Positions 43,825 to 55,770 of a stretch of DNA of 64,000 bases are shown here, one piece after another (the first letter of the stretch is position 1; every line of letters begins with the position of its first letter). Source of the stretch: Felis catus (taxonomy: Eukaryota); the NCBI RefSeq assembly GCF_018350175.1, contig NC_058383.1:4776001-4840000 (forward strand), read 5' to 3'. The position numbers were made by a program, and so were the translations under genes. The notes beneath the pieces are model-generated. The model had not been told where the DNA came from. It saw nothing but the letters and a program-made list of their open reading frames with translations, and did no database searches.

Positions 43825-46800
43825 TAAATAAACATGAAAAATAAGATAAAATTAAAATAAAAAAATAAAATAAAACAAAACAAAACAAAACAAAACAAAA
43901 TAATGAATTTTAGGGGCACCTGGCTGGCTCCATTGGAAGAGCAAGCAACTCTTGATATCAGGGTTGTGAGTTCAAGCCCCACACTGGGCATAGAGATTAC
44001 TTAAAAAAAACAAACAATGGGGCGCCTGGGTGGCGCAGTCGGTTAAGCGTCCGACTTCAGCCAGGTCACGATCTCGCGGTCCAGGAGTTCGAGCCCCGCA
44101 TCAGGCTCTGTGCTGACCGCTCCGAGCCTGGAGCCTGTTTCCGATTCTGTGTCTCCCTCTCTCTCTGCCCCTCCCCCGTTCATGCTCTGTCTCTCTCTGT
44201 CCCAAAAATAAATAAACGTTGAAAAAAAAAATTTTAAACAAACCAAAAAACCCTTAAAAAAAAGGATAAATTCTACACTAGATGTACTGTTATCAACTAA
44301 AAAAATTATATATTCTTTTTTTTTAAATTTTTTAAGTTTATTATTTTGAGAAAGAGACAGAGCAGGGGAGGAAGAGAGAGAGTGGGGGAGAGGCAGAATT
44401 CCAAGCAGGCTCCACGACAGTGCAGAGCCTGATGCTGGACTTGAACTCACAAATTGTGAGATTATGACCTGAGTGGAAACCAAGAGTCAGACGCTTAACC
44501 AACTGAGCCACCTGGGCACCCCATGTTCATTTTTTAAAAAGGAATGGCTTCATCTCTTGACTGGGAAAATACATATCCTTTTTCCAATGTTGAATCCTAA
44601 AGTCAGAAACGTACATTCCACAACCTAACTCCGTGAATATTAATTACCTGAATAAGAAAGACAATGTCAATAACCTGCAAGTGTCCAAGGTCATCAACGT
44701 AAGTCTCCAGATACAAGTCCGACACCACCACCAACTGGACCAGAAACACGGTGCTCACAACGGCCATGGTGGCAGCTGAGGCCGTCAACGTCAAGAGGTA
44801 GATGAGGAAGTACCTGGCGTTCCAGGCCCCAATACAGTTGTTCACCCAAACACAGTGATGGTCAAAACGGTGCACACACCTGTTACACACACCTGCACGG
44901 AAAAGGGAAAGTCACAGCCCTGAGTTAGTCCTTGAAGAAACATGAGACCATGCACACCTCTGAAATTTTTACAAACTGACTCCTGGCAGATGTTGGAGGA
45001 AATGGCGACTGCCATCACCAGGCTATTAGAAGTGCAGGGTCTAGTACAGTAGCCGCGAGCCACAGAGGGGTACTGAGCACTTAAAATGTGGCCATGAGGA
45101 AAACCTGAAAGAATACTGTTTATTTTGCTAAATTTAGAGTTGTTTTTCCATTTATGCAATGCTCCTTTAAGTTCAATGTCAGCAATGCTGAGATGACATA
45201 AGGGTTAGTGAATTTACTTAACTTGCACAGACTTAACTTTGAAACTGATGCTTTTTTTTTTAATGTTTATTTTATTTTTGAGACAGAGAGAGACAGAATG
45301 TGAGTGGAGGAGGGGCAGAGAGAGAGGGAGACACAGAATCTGAAGCAGGCTCCAGGCTCCGAGCTGTCAGCCCAGAGCCTGACGCGGGGCCCGAACTCAC
45401 AAACTGTGAGATCATGACCTGAGCCGAAGTCAGACACTTAACCGACTGAGCCATCCAGGTGCCCCAAACCAATGCCTTGAAGTCAAATTAATTCTTCTGA
45501 TAGAGATGAATCATTACGTGACTATTAAAGGAAAATGATTATGTTATGGAAAAAACTTGTAAGAATTTCTGGAGTAACTTGGGTACGTGAATCTGCTCTT
45601 CCAACTGCAAATTTTATGAAATCTAAATAAAGGTCAAGAATTTACTATGAAAATTTATTGTCTCAATTGAGATGTGCTGTAAATGGAAAATATATACCAA
45701 ATTTCAAAGACTTAGTATGAAAAGGAGAATATAAACTAACCCATGAATGATTTTTTACAACTGATTACACATTAAAATGGTGTTTTAGGGGCGCCTGGGT
45801 GGCTCAGTGAGTTGAGCGTCTGACTCCTGATTTCATCTCAGGTCATGATCTCACAGTTCGTGAGCTCAAGCTCCACAGTGGGCTCTGTGCTGCCCATGTG
45901 AAGCCTGCTCGGGATTCTCTCTCTCCCTCTCTGCTCCTCCCCCGTTCACTCTCTCGCTCAAAATAAATAAACTTAAAAAAAAAAAAGCTCTTACATAAAC
46001 CATGATATTTTATTTTTTATTTTTATTTTTTTTTTTAAATTTTTTTTTTTTTTTAGCCTTTATTTATCTTTTTGGCATCGACAACGGACGGGAGAGAGTC
46101 AGACGGCAGGCACAGAGGCGGAAACAGGCTCCGGGAGATGGGCACGGAGCCTGACGTGGGGCTCGAACTCACAGAGTGTGAGACTCGACCTGAGATACAG
46201 TCAGACGCTCAACCAACTGAGCCACCCAGGCGCCCCAACCATGATATTTTAAATAGGTTACGTTAAATAAATACATAATTAAATTTAACGTTGCCTCATC
46301 TTACTTTTGTAATGCGGCTACTAGGAAATTTAAATCACACATGTAGCTCACATTATATTTTTTGGGCAGCACTAGTCTAGAATCTTGGCTACTCCCCAGA
46401 AGAGTAGGCTCTGCCAGCACTGAAATCTGCAAACACAGCATCCCACAGAAGTCCTGTTGGGCAACACGCCCCGCCGCGCGGCAAAGGATGGGCTGTTATG
46501 CCTGGGGCTGAGTTGCCCACTATGTAAGAATATCGAGACCTCACCTCCAGTCATCTGAAGGAGCCGCTATCTGGCCTCTACAAGCAGAGGCTGCCCATGC
46601 CCGGGAGGCAAATGGCCTTGCTTTAGATTTCCGGAACCTTCCCTCACTGACAAAGCCCACGTCTGTTGTACAAAGGTAGAGAGGGAGCAGCCAAAGCCAA
46701 ACTTACGGCAGTGCTTGGATCGCGCTGGTTTCCTCACCTTGCAAGTGAAGCACTTCATATTCTTTGGGAACATCACTTCATCGAATTCATAAACTTGAAG

Positions 46801-49800
46801 TAACGAGAACTCGTTTGCTTCTGTTATAGTGCCTGAAAAAAGGACAAATGTCAGTTTTGAGCAATACGGTAGACTGGACATTCACAAAATCTGTCCTGAC
46901 AAAGTGCAACTAAAACTTATATATTTAATATTCTAAATAACTCACTTTAAATAAAGTTTTGGGGCACCTGAGTGGCTCAGTCGGTTAAGCACCCGACTTC
47001 CGATTTCAGCTCAGGTCATGATCTCACAGTTCGTGGATTGTGGACAGTGGGATCGTGGATCCCACTGTGGAGCTCTGCATTGACAGGGTGGAGCCTGCTT
47101 GGGATTCTCTTTCTCCCTCTCTCTCTCTGCCCCTCCTCTGCTCGCTCTCTCTCACGATAAATAAACTTCAAATTTTTTTAAATAAATGGCTTTATTGAGA
47201 TACAACTCACAAGCCCAATTCGCCAATTTAAAGTGCACAATTCAACATATTTTAGTACATTCACAGAGTTATGCAACCATCACCACAACCAATTTTAGAA
47301 TGTTTTTAGCACTTCAAAAAGAAACCCGTTAGCAGCCACTCCACATTTGTCTCTAATCCCAGCCCCTGGCAATCACTAATCTACTTTCTGTCTCTATGCA
47401 TTTGCCTTTTTTGGATATTTCACATGAATGGAATCATACAATTTGTGGTCTTTTGTATCTGGCTTCTTTCCTTTTTTTAAGTTTTATTTTATTTATCTTG
47501 CAACAGAGAGTGCGTGCGCACACATATGCAGGGGAGGGGCAGAGACAGAGAGAGAGAGGGAGAGAGAGAATCCTAGGCAGGCTCCACACTGTCAGCGCAG
47601 AGTGCCACGCGGGGCTTGAACTCACGAACTGTGAGATCATGACCTGAGCTGAAATCAAGAGTCAGACCTTAACCGTCTGAGCCACCCTGGCGCCCCTCTG
47701 GCTTCTTTCATTTAGCACAGTTTTTCAAGGTTCATCTATGTTCTAACACATGTCACTCCCTCATTCCTTCCTGTTGCTGAATACTGTCCCGTCGAATAGG
47801 CACACCGCAGTTTACCTGTTCATCAGCTGTCGGACCCTTGGTGCTTCAAGGATAGAAAGGCTTAAAAGGAAAGGCATGGAGGGGCGCCTGGGAGGCTCAG
47901 TCAGTTAAACATCCAATTTCAGCTCAGGTCATGATCTCCCAGTCCATGAGTTCGAGCCCCGCCTCGGGCTCTGTGCTGACAGCTCAGAGGCTGGAGCCTG
48001 CTTCGGACTCTGTGTCTCCCTCTCTCTCTGCCCCTCCCCTGCTCATGCTCTGTCTCTCTCTGTCTCTCTCAAAAATAAATAAACATTTAAAAAAAAAAGT
48101 AAAGACATGGAAAAAAGATACCAAGCAAATATCAATCCAAAAAAGTGTAATAATATTAACATCACACAAAAGAGAACTGAAAGCAAAGAGCGATACTAGT
48201 GACAAAGAGGCTAATTATATTTTGAAAAAAGATTCAATGGAAAGAGAATACCAATTCTTAACTTGAATGCATATAATACAAATATACACATAACCATGAT
48301 ATACGTATACACACACGCTATAAGTAAATAAGTAAAGGAAAAATTGCAAGGAGAAATCTCAAATCTACCATCAGAATGAGATAACATGCCTCTCTCGATA
48401 ATTGATCACACAAAAATATTAGTATGAATATAAAAGACTTGAACATAATTTAAAAACTTGATCTAATGGACTTATATGCTGTCTGTGCCTAAGAACAAGA
48501 AAACATACTCTTCCAAGCACACACAGATCATTTACAAAAACAACACGTGACCACCATAATGCAAATTATCAATAAAATGTTTAAAAGAAACTGTGTCATA
48601 GGGATCACAAACTCTCTATATAACACAATTATTAGTGAAGAGATCAAAAAATAAACTAAAAGAGTATATGGAAAATTTTAAGCAGTTCTAAATAACCCAC
48701 AGGTCAAAGAAGAAATAACTCAGAAAACAATCACAACCGAAAGATCATGAGACCACTACGTATCAACTCTTTTGCAAAGTCCTCAGAGGGATCACTGGTC
48801 TGTAGCATGGTAAGACCGACGGCTGCCGGTCTCTGTAGTGAGAGCCTCAACTTACCAGGGTTGCTTACGCAGCTGAGCGTGAAAAACACCAGGTTTATAA
48901 CCAGCAGCAGGTAGGGCAGGAGAAGGTAATGCAGGGAGAACCCCAGCTCCTGACAGTAGCCAAATACTTCCCAGGTGTATTCAGCGTAAACCATCCCTTG
49001 CAAGAGGAGGTGCAGCATAATGAAGGTGTGGTTTCTGAAAGGAAGTAGACACGTGGCTGTTTTACAGGGCCTTGTCCATGAAGAAACCATGTAATACTAA
49101 AGTTAACCCGGGGCCAACCACTTCCTTTGGGCTTGGGATAACAGCAAGAATTACATAACAATGCGACACAGTCCTCACAGTGCCTAGCAATAGCAAGCGT
49201 TCAATATTTGTTATCCATTACGATTCTCATCTTTGCTGGGAAGTGAGGTATCAGGATAGATTTCTTTTTACAGAAATGCATGTCAACATATCCCCACTCT
49301 TTAAATATTTCTGTCAAAACTCCAGAAATAAAAGGCAGGTTATTTATGAGCAGAGGTCCTGAACCAGGACTCTTGATCCTTCCAGCCTCCTTCCCCATAC
49401 CACAGCTGGAAACCAACAAGAAACTTCCTGAAGCTACAGGACAGCAACAGTTAGCAATCAAAACAGAAGACAAGATAGTATGTAATCTGTGAAATATAAA
49501 TACCGTGTGTGGAAGAGGTAATGAAGCACTTTTCGCATAGCTCTCTGAAGGCATTCTGGAATTATACAGGAAATTACCTAAAAGAAAAGAAAAGGATTCA
49601 GTTTCATTTCTCACCCCCCCCCCCCCCGCCCCCACTCCCAAACAAATCAGATGCTTCCCGGTCAGCCGTCAATACTGGTGATCTTGTGTTTCTGCACACG
49701 GGCAGAGAAGAGATTTAAGAGAGAATAAAAAGGAGGGCTTCACTCAGCTGGTCTGCCTTTCATGCCAGCTCCTCCTTTTTCACCCCAGCACCAAAGAAAG

Positions 49801-50520
49801 CACCATGTCGGGGTCTTCAGGCAAAGGGAGGTGAGCAGAGGGACTGGACTAGGTAATGCCAATGTGAATTCCACTCCCTTCCCTGCCTTGGGTTCAATCT
49901 CAGATTCCAGAGTCCACACCTGCAGTCACTGGGCATTAGCCCAGGTCCCTCCCAAGTGAACCCCCTTGCCAAAGGCCACTGACCCCAACTTTGCTCACTT
50001 GGATTCCTGAAGGAGTGTGGGCAGCTGATGCTCAGCTCTCTCCTCATACAGCCCCCAGTTCCACTCATCAGACCCCTCCAGGCAGACATTGCTCACATCC
50101 ATGCCCCATCACAGGCATCAAATCCAGAGAAAAATAGCCAACCTCGAGAACGTGATCTTCTCTCAAAGCAACATCACAAGGTTACTTCAAAAGTAACAAA
50201 AAACAAAACCCACAAAAAAAAAAAAAAAAAAAAAAAAACAAAAAACAACAAACCCAGAGACTTTCAGATACACCGTAACTGCCATAAATGAAAGAAGTGA
50301 ACAAATGAATAAAAATGACATCTGTGTTTTGTTCCATCAGGGCACCGGTGAGCCTTTTAGATGTGGTAGTCACAATCCAGGGGTCTCCGAGCATCGTGGT
50401 TACCTGGGCTCCTCCTCTGACCAGGCCTCTCAGGTAATGGGTTTTTGAGCAGATGCATATCGTAACAACACCAATCAGCACCAGAGTCAGGTAGAACAAG
50501 AAGAGAACCAGGAAGTCCAT
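36751..50520 (-). CDS. ZDHHC4: Palmitoyltransferase ZDHHC4, join(50404..50520,49504..49577,48856..49034,46707..46832,44648..44892,36751..37041), 1032 nt, 343 aa
   Basis: [11 protein letters not shown]...[37 protein letters not shown]...NQTTNE. DHHC cysteine-rich domain, TTxE motif and hydrophobic helices; phases 0,2,1,1,0 consistent. Confidence 0.95.
38495..39300. mobile_element. Three Can-SINEs (38495-38715 -, 38730-38988 -, 39076-39300 +)
   Basis: Canonical heads and tails; TSDs such as TAAGCACAA.GG and TAATAATCTTTGACTCA. Confidence 0.9.
39360..41540 (+). mobile_element. Old L1 3' fragments interrupted by Can-SINEs (39975-40200, 40282-40535)
   Basis: cactacacacctatcagaatggctaaaat, gctggaaagaatgcagagaaac, aaactgcactgagtgaaaaaaccaatct are typical L1M ORF2-end/3'UTR motifs. 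Confidence 0.7.
41671..41885 (+). mobile_element. Can-SINE
   Basis: Canonical. Confidence 0.88.
42140..43620 (+). mobile_element. L1M (L1MB-like) ORF2 3' end and 3' UTR, interrupted by a SINE at 42626-42850
   Basis: ttttgacaaagtgccaaaacaattcaatg..., aaagacaacccacagaat, catcagggaaatgcaaatcaaa, gatccagcaattctactcctggg; many stops. Confidence 0.85.
43622..44522. mobile_element. Can-SINE cluster (43622-43900 +, 43912-44010 +, young SINEC_Fc-type 44019-44230 +, 44315-44522 -)
   Basis: Four heads; 44019 copy reads gggtggcgcagtcggttaagcgtccgacttcagccaggtcacg. Confidence 0.9.
44648..44892 (-). CDS. ZDHHC4: ZDHHC4 DHHC catalytic exon (245 nt)
   Basis: [13 protein letters not shown]; gtgcAG acceptor, GTAATT donor. 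Confidence 0.96.
45030..46380. mobile_element. hAT-Charlie/MER33-like DNA transposon relic interrupted by SINEs (45252-45465 -, 45788-45986 +, 46010-46235 -)
   Basis: tactgagcacttaaaatgtggc, aattttatgaaatctaaata, tttcaaagacttagtatgaaaa, aatgcggctactaggaaatttaaat...cattatattt. Confidence 0.65.
46707..46832 (-). CDS. ZDHHC4: ZDHHC4 coding exon 4 (126 nt)
   Basis: GTITEANE...KPARSKHC; ttttcAG acceptor, GTAAGT donor. Confidence 0.95.
46961..48098. mobile_element. Can-SINEs (46961-47170 +, 47470-47697 -, 47881-48098 +) with a minus-strand L1MB-like 3' fragment (about 47180-47840)
   Basis: SINE heads; ctttattgagatacaactcaca...ggcaatcactaatctactttctgtctctat is the reverse L1 3' end. Confidence 0.82.
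48100..48730 (+). mobile_element. Old L1 ORF2 5' (endonuclease region) relic
   Basis: atggaaaaaagataccaagcaaat, agtgacaaagagg, aaagacttgaac...cttgatctaatggac; decayed. Confidence 0.6.
48856..49034 (-). CDS. ZDHHC4: ZDHHC4 coding exon 3 (179 nt)
   Basis: NHTFIMLHL...SNPG; ctttcAG acceptor, GTAAGT donor. Confidence 0.95.
49504..49577 (-). CDS. ZDHHC4: ZDHHC4 coding exon 2 (74 nt)
   Basis: [24 protein letters not shown]; ttttAG acceptor, GTATTT donor; bridges phase 0 to 2. Confidence 0.92.
50404..50520 (-). CDS. ZDHHC4: ZDHHC4 first coding exon (117 coding nt)
   Basis: aggATGG Kozak context; [10 protein letters not shown]...GGAQ|GTAACC. Confidence 0.93.
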
Positions 50521-51479
50521 CCTGGGGCTACAAAGAAACAGAAAAAGTGTGACTACAACTGAGGGATAAAACCTATGGTGCACATTCTCAGACACCAACT
50601 CCCTAAACAAATTCATCAGCCCTTGAGCACACACTGCCTCGCACTAGGGGCTCCCAGATGGTCCTGAGCTTCTGCTTAGGGAGTTTTCTAATCAAACCAC
50701 TGTGATGTGTTTAGGGCACCTCCCGCCTGCAAATTCCAAAATAAAACCGGGGGAGATATGCCAAATGCATACACCTTCCCTCCCACTAGCAACAAATCAT
50801 CTTTGTACTTCCTTAAACACTCACAAAGACATTGATACAGAACGTACCCAAAATAATCTGCTAACAACGTTACTGGAACAAGCAAACCCCAGAGGCAGTC
50901 AGGGACCCACTCCCACAGCAATCAGGGATCACCCACAGGGGCCAGAGTCAACACACAGGTCTGTATTAACTGGAAATGGTTACTTTGGGTCTTAGCAAGT
51001 ATGATTTGGAGCTGGACTTCCAACTGAGATCAGCAAACTACAAACTATTCACGAGGTAAGGCAGAGGAAACAAAGAGCAGCAATTCTCACGTGATTCAGG
51101 GTCCCCAGCCTACATATTTCTGGTTTGGGTCATTTTCAATCGGCAGCTCGGGCATTCCTCCTCCCAACATTCACGGAGAATCCAAACGGCATCCCGTCCT
51201 GTGCAGCGGCGCGCGCCCGGTGCAACAGGTGGCACCCAGAGCTGCCGGGGGCATGGTTCTAGAAGGCTGGATCTGGCTGCAGAGACATCGATAAAACACT
51301 CACATAATAAAACAGGGTGGGAGTCAGGAGCGGCAGAAATTGTGGAAAATAATTTGAAAGTCGGGGGACATTGTGTTACCTACCGCAGGGTGAAAGGGGT
51401 TATACGACTTCAGGAGGAAAAGCTTAATTGGGAAGAATAAGGCCGGAGCCTTGGATCCCCGTTCCTATCCCTAATCCCT

Positions 51480-52160
51480 GAGGTGCCCACGCTGCCCACC
51501 GAACAGAAAGGCTTTCCCAGGCTACGGTCCCGGCGGGCGGACGAGGCCAGAGCTTTCCCCGGCGGCCGGAACCCTGGGTGGGGGGCGGGGTGCAGAAGGC
51601 TCGGCGGGCATACGGTGGGTGCCTGAGCACCCGGCGGGGCGGAAAGGCGGGTCAGCCTGGGTGTCAAAAAACCCCTGAGAGGCGGCCTTAGCGCCTGGAT
51701 CGGCCAACCGCCAGCCGTACCAAGCCAGCGCCGTCAGGGCGCCTCTCCAGACTTCCGTCGGACCTGTGACGTTAGCACGCGACGCTCGCCGCCAGGCCGA
51801 CTTCCGGCGGAAGTCCGTGCGGACGGCAGCTGGAGGCGGGGCTTGCCGCTAGCGGAAGAGCTGTCACGGGTGTCCCTAGCTGCGCGCCTGGGCTCCTCCA
51901 GAAGGTGGTCGTGTCTTGGGGCCGGAAGGTCGAACTTTGGGACGCTGTTGCCAGAAATCTTCCTAAACGACGGTCCTAAGCTAGCGCGGGCGAGAACGCC
52001 GGTGCTGTGAAGCGGCCCGAGCCGCCTGGCGGCTTCGGTAGAACCAAGCCAAGCAGGGGCTCCGGCTGGCCCGTGGCAGGCACCCTTAGGGGCTCCTGTA
52101 CTGAGTCTTCGTGAAGGGCAGGATTTGCTTTTTTGCTTTCTGCCAGCCACGCCGTTGGGC
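51480..52160. promoter_or_regulatory. CpG island promoter of ZDHHC4 with clustered ETS/GABP sites
   Basis: CpG rich; ACTTCCG 51751, ACTTCCGGCGGAAGT 51800-51814, CCGGAAG 51922, TGACGT about 51767; about 1.2 kb upstream of the first coding exon. Confidence 0.8.
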
Positions 52161-53094
52161 TCTGTCCGAACCGTTCCAGTGTCTTTGCGCCTGCTGTCTC
52201 AGAACAGCTCTGAACATGCTGCCCCTGGGAACAATGACAATTGCTTGACTCCAAACCTGGAGGATAAGAACTAAGGCTGTTTAATGACAGTTGAACCTGG
52301 GGTGAGAAGAGCTGCTTCCAAACATAGCATGGAGAAGTCTCCCGTGGAGCGTTCCTTTGCTCCGAACGCCTCTGAATCCGCTGGGACCAGTCTATTCTTG
52401 ATGCCTCTGAAAAATCAGTCAGGCCTGTCTTCCCTTTGAAGGGAAATATCTGATCTCCAAACACTGGCTTTAAAGCTCTTCTCTTTTTCTGTCTTTGCTA
52501 CCTACCCCAGCTTCTTGATTCCTTTTCTTCTTCCTTTTTAAAAAACTTACAAGCTGGGCACCTTCTGGTACATGATGTGCAAGGCCATCATGAACTTGTG
52601 GACACAGTATTGAAAAACAAATTCCCCAAATCAGAAGATGTGATGCCTCCCCCCCCCCACCCCCCCGCCTCGGGGGCGTGGGGACTGACTGTAAGTTATG
52701 GATGGAAAGTCATCACTTATCCAGAGTGGGCTGGATTGCATCAGTGTCTCCAGCTGACTCACCTTGCTGCTTAATTCTGAGCTTGTGGTTAAGTATTTTG
52801 AGTTAATTTTTCTTTTTTTTTTTTTTTGCTTATAAATGCAAGTTTACTTTTATCCCCATTGATTTTTCTCCAGATGACCCTTAACTTTTAATCTTGGTTT
52901 GATCACCTTTGTGTTTTGCGTTGTCTTTAATTTAAATTTTTTTTTCACAATTAATACTGTGTTCTTGTAAAAGAAACTATACAAAACAAAAACAAAACCC
53001 TTCCTTGGACATCACCCCGAAATCCCAATCCCTTGAAAAAATTAACCACTTATTTCGTATATCCTCCCCAAATTCTTTTGTACATTTATTCATA

Positions 53095-53469
53095 GGGGTA
53101 CCTGGGTACAGCCAATTGACCTGGCTCAGTCAATTAAAAGACTCTTGGTAGCTCAGGTCTTGATCTCAGGGTTGTGAGTTCAAGCCCCATGTTGGGCTCC
53201 ATGCTGGGCATGAAGCCTACTTAAAAAATAATAATCTTGGGGCGCCTGGGTGGCGCAGTCGGTTAAGCGTCCAACTTCAGCCAGGTCACGATCTCGTGGT
53301 CCGTGAGTTCGAGCCCCGCGTCGGGCTCTGGGCTGATGGCTCGGAGCCTGGAGCCTGTTTCCGATTCTGTGTCTCCCTCTCTCTCTGCGCCTCCCCCGTT
53401 CATGCTCTGTCTCTCTCTGTCCCAAAAATAAATAAACATTGAAAAAAAATTAAAAAAAATAATAATCTT
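53095..53469 (+). mobile_element. Short older Can-SINE with a young SINEC_Fc-type copy (53239-53460) in its tail
   Basis: Two nested TSD pairs. Confidence 0.92.
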
Positions 53470-53769
53470 ATACATTTATTCATAAGTATTCAACAAATAT
53501 ATATTGAGCACCCAATATATGCCAGGCACTTTTCTAGGCACTGGGAATATAGCAATAAAACAGAAATGTTCCTGTATTTTATAGTTTACATCCTAGTGTA
53601 TATACACAAATATATAATTTGTTGTTTACAGAAATGGCATCATACATAATGGTACTCTATCTTCCTTTTTGTTTTTTTTCAGTCTTGGTGATCTTTCCAC
53701 ATAAATATCTATTATATTGATTTACCTCATTATATGCATTTCATTACATAGCTGAGCTATAACTCGTTT

Positions 53770-54010
53770 TCCAGGGTCCCAAATTCCAGTGCCTACAGGG
53801 ACTATGCAAGTAATAAGTAGAGTGACAAAGTAGAGCAAGTTTATTTTTTTCTAAGCAGAAATAGCTGTTTATGCAGACCAAAAGGATTGATAACTTGAAT
53901 TACAGTGTTTCAAGAGTACTTGAAAATCTGGGTTTTTAGAACATAAATCTGATTTTTTAAATAAATAATTTATTTTTGAGAGAGAGAGAGCATGCATGCA
54001 CAAGCAGGGT

Positions 54011-54053
<43 letters not shown>

Positions 54054-54295
54054 CCGAAGCAGGCTCCAGGCTCTGAGCTGTCAGCACAGAGCCCCATGCG
54101 GGGCTTGAACTCTCAGACTGAAATCGTGACCTGAGCTGAAGTCAGACACCTAATCAACTGAGCCACTCAGGTGCCCCCATAAATCTAATTTTTTTAGTGT
54201 TGGCAACTAACCTAGGCTTTTAAAACACCATTCAGGCTAAGCAGAACATACCCGCAGGACAAATTTAGCCCAAGGGCCACCAGTTTGCAATATAC
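53770..54295. mobile_element. hAT relic (MER45-like) interrupted by a minus Can-SINE (53955-54178)
   Basis: cagggtcccaaattccagtgcctacaggg start and gccaccagtttgcaa end; the SINE is canonical. Confidence 0.6.
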
Positions 54296-54619
54296 TGTTC
54301 TATTACTAAACATGGAGGTTCATGTCAGTTTTTGCTATTACAAACAATGCTACAGTGGAAATACCTGTGTGAGCTTCATTGCACGCAACTAGGTGTGTTT
54401 TTCTAGGGCAGCTATGTGAAGTAGAATTTCTGAGCCAAAGAATATATAAGCATTTTAATTTTAATAGATGCTGTTAAATTGCTTTTCCACCACAAATGTC
54501 TGAATCTGTCTCTCCAAACCCTTGCCAGCATTTAATAGATCAGTTCCTTTAATATTTATCATTCTAATGGATAAAATGACATTTTATTTATTTGCTCAAC
54601 AAACATTTATAAAGTGATT

Positions 54620-54860
54620 CCTGGGTTCCAGTTACTGTTGTAAGCACTTAAAAATTTTTTAAATATCATTTAATCTTTATAGGAACTCAATGAGATAATA
54701 ATAATAATAATAATTATTATTATTATTATTATCATTATTATTAACCCATAGATGAAGAAACTGGCACAGAGAAGTTAAATTCCCTAGGGACATAGAGCTA
54801 GAAAGCATTAGAGATTCAAACTCAGACCTTTGGACTCAAGAGTCAGTATTCTCAATTACT
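54620..54860 (+). mobile_element. MIR with internal (TAA)n(TTA)n microsatellite at about 54696-54742
   Basis: agatgaagaaactggcacagagaagttaaattccctaggga. Confidence 0.65.
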
Positions 54861-55049
54861 GTGTTGTGCTATCTTGATCACCACTGGCCAGTTTCTAGTG
54901 ATGAATGTCTTTTGTGCTTATTGGCCAATTACGTTTCCTCTGTTGTGAGTTGTTTACAGTTATCCATTTTTATTTGAGTTGTTTACCATTTTCCTGTTGC
55001 TTTGCAGTACTTATTTACATATGTTATGTATTTGTTAAGGTACGGACTA

Positions 55050-55770
55050 GCTGCTTCTCTTGGTTTAGCCCCCTCCGCCCTCAAAAAGCAAACCCCAAAG
55101 CAAGGATTTGGTAAAGGCAGCTTGTTTGTTTGTTTGTTTTAAGTTTATTTATTTATTTTGAGAGAGAGAGAGCACAAGCAAGGGAGGGGCAGAAAGAAGG
55201 AGAGAGAATCCCAAGCAGGCTCTGCACCATCAGCACACAGCCCAGTGCGGGGCTCGAACTCGTGAACCTGTGAGATCATGACCTGAGATCAAGAGTCAGA
55301 CGATTAACCGACCACGCCCCCCAGGTGCCCCCAAGTAGCTTGTTTTTGGAGATAATCCCAGGAAACATGGCGAGGGATTGGGAAAGTGAGAGAAGACTGG
55401 AAAGCCAAGAAAGCAGATGTTGATGAGTACAGGTGGGCACGCGGACCTCAGTCCCACCGGGGACCCTCTGAGAGGCTCCAAAGAATATGCCTCCGAATCG
55501 TTCCACCGAGGGACAGCGCAGCAGCGGTATTCACCCAGCCATTGCTGAGGCGGTACCTCCCTAGTCCTTCTGGCCTGCCCACACAGAGCCCAGCCCAGCC
55601 CCAAGGAGAGAACCCCCTGAAGCAGAGACTCCATCAGCATGTACAGGAACCATTGCAGGTGACCTCTCCAGTGGGCTGCGGGGATATAGGCGGGACACCT
55701 ACAACGTCTGCTTTGCCGTTAGGACCGAGAGATCCCCAAACACAATGGCTGCAATAGGAAAGAAGTCTAT
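55050..55770. mobile_element. Old ERVL-type LTR interrupted by a minus Can-SINE (55130-55332)
   Basis: aagcaaaccccaaagcaaggatttgg..gcagcttgttt|ttggagataatcccaggaaaca resembles the LTR16/33 class; SINE with AGCTTGTTT duplication. Confidence 0.5.

Noticed and set aside
44019..44100. tRNA-like A and B boxes here and at other SINE heads
   Set aside because: tRNA-derived SINE heads followed by CT tracts and poly(A); not tRNA genes.
50182..50634. In-frame upstream extension of ZDHHC4
   Set aside because: Crosses a clear pyrimidine tract and AG acceptor at about 50528-50547, so it is most likely intronic; the recalled protein starts at MDFL.
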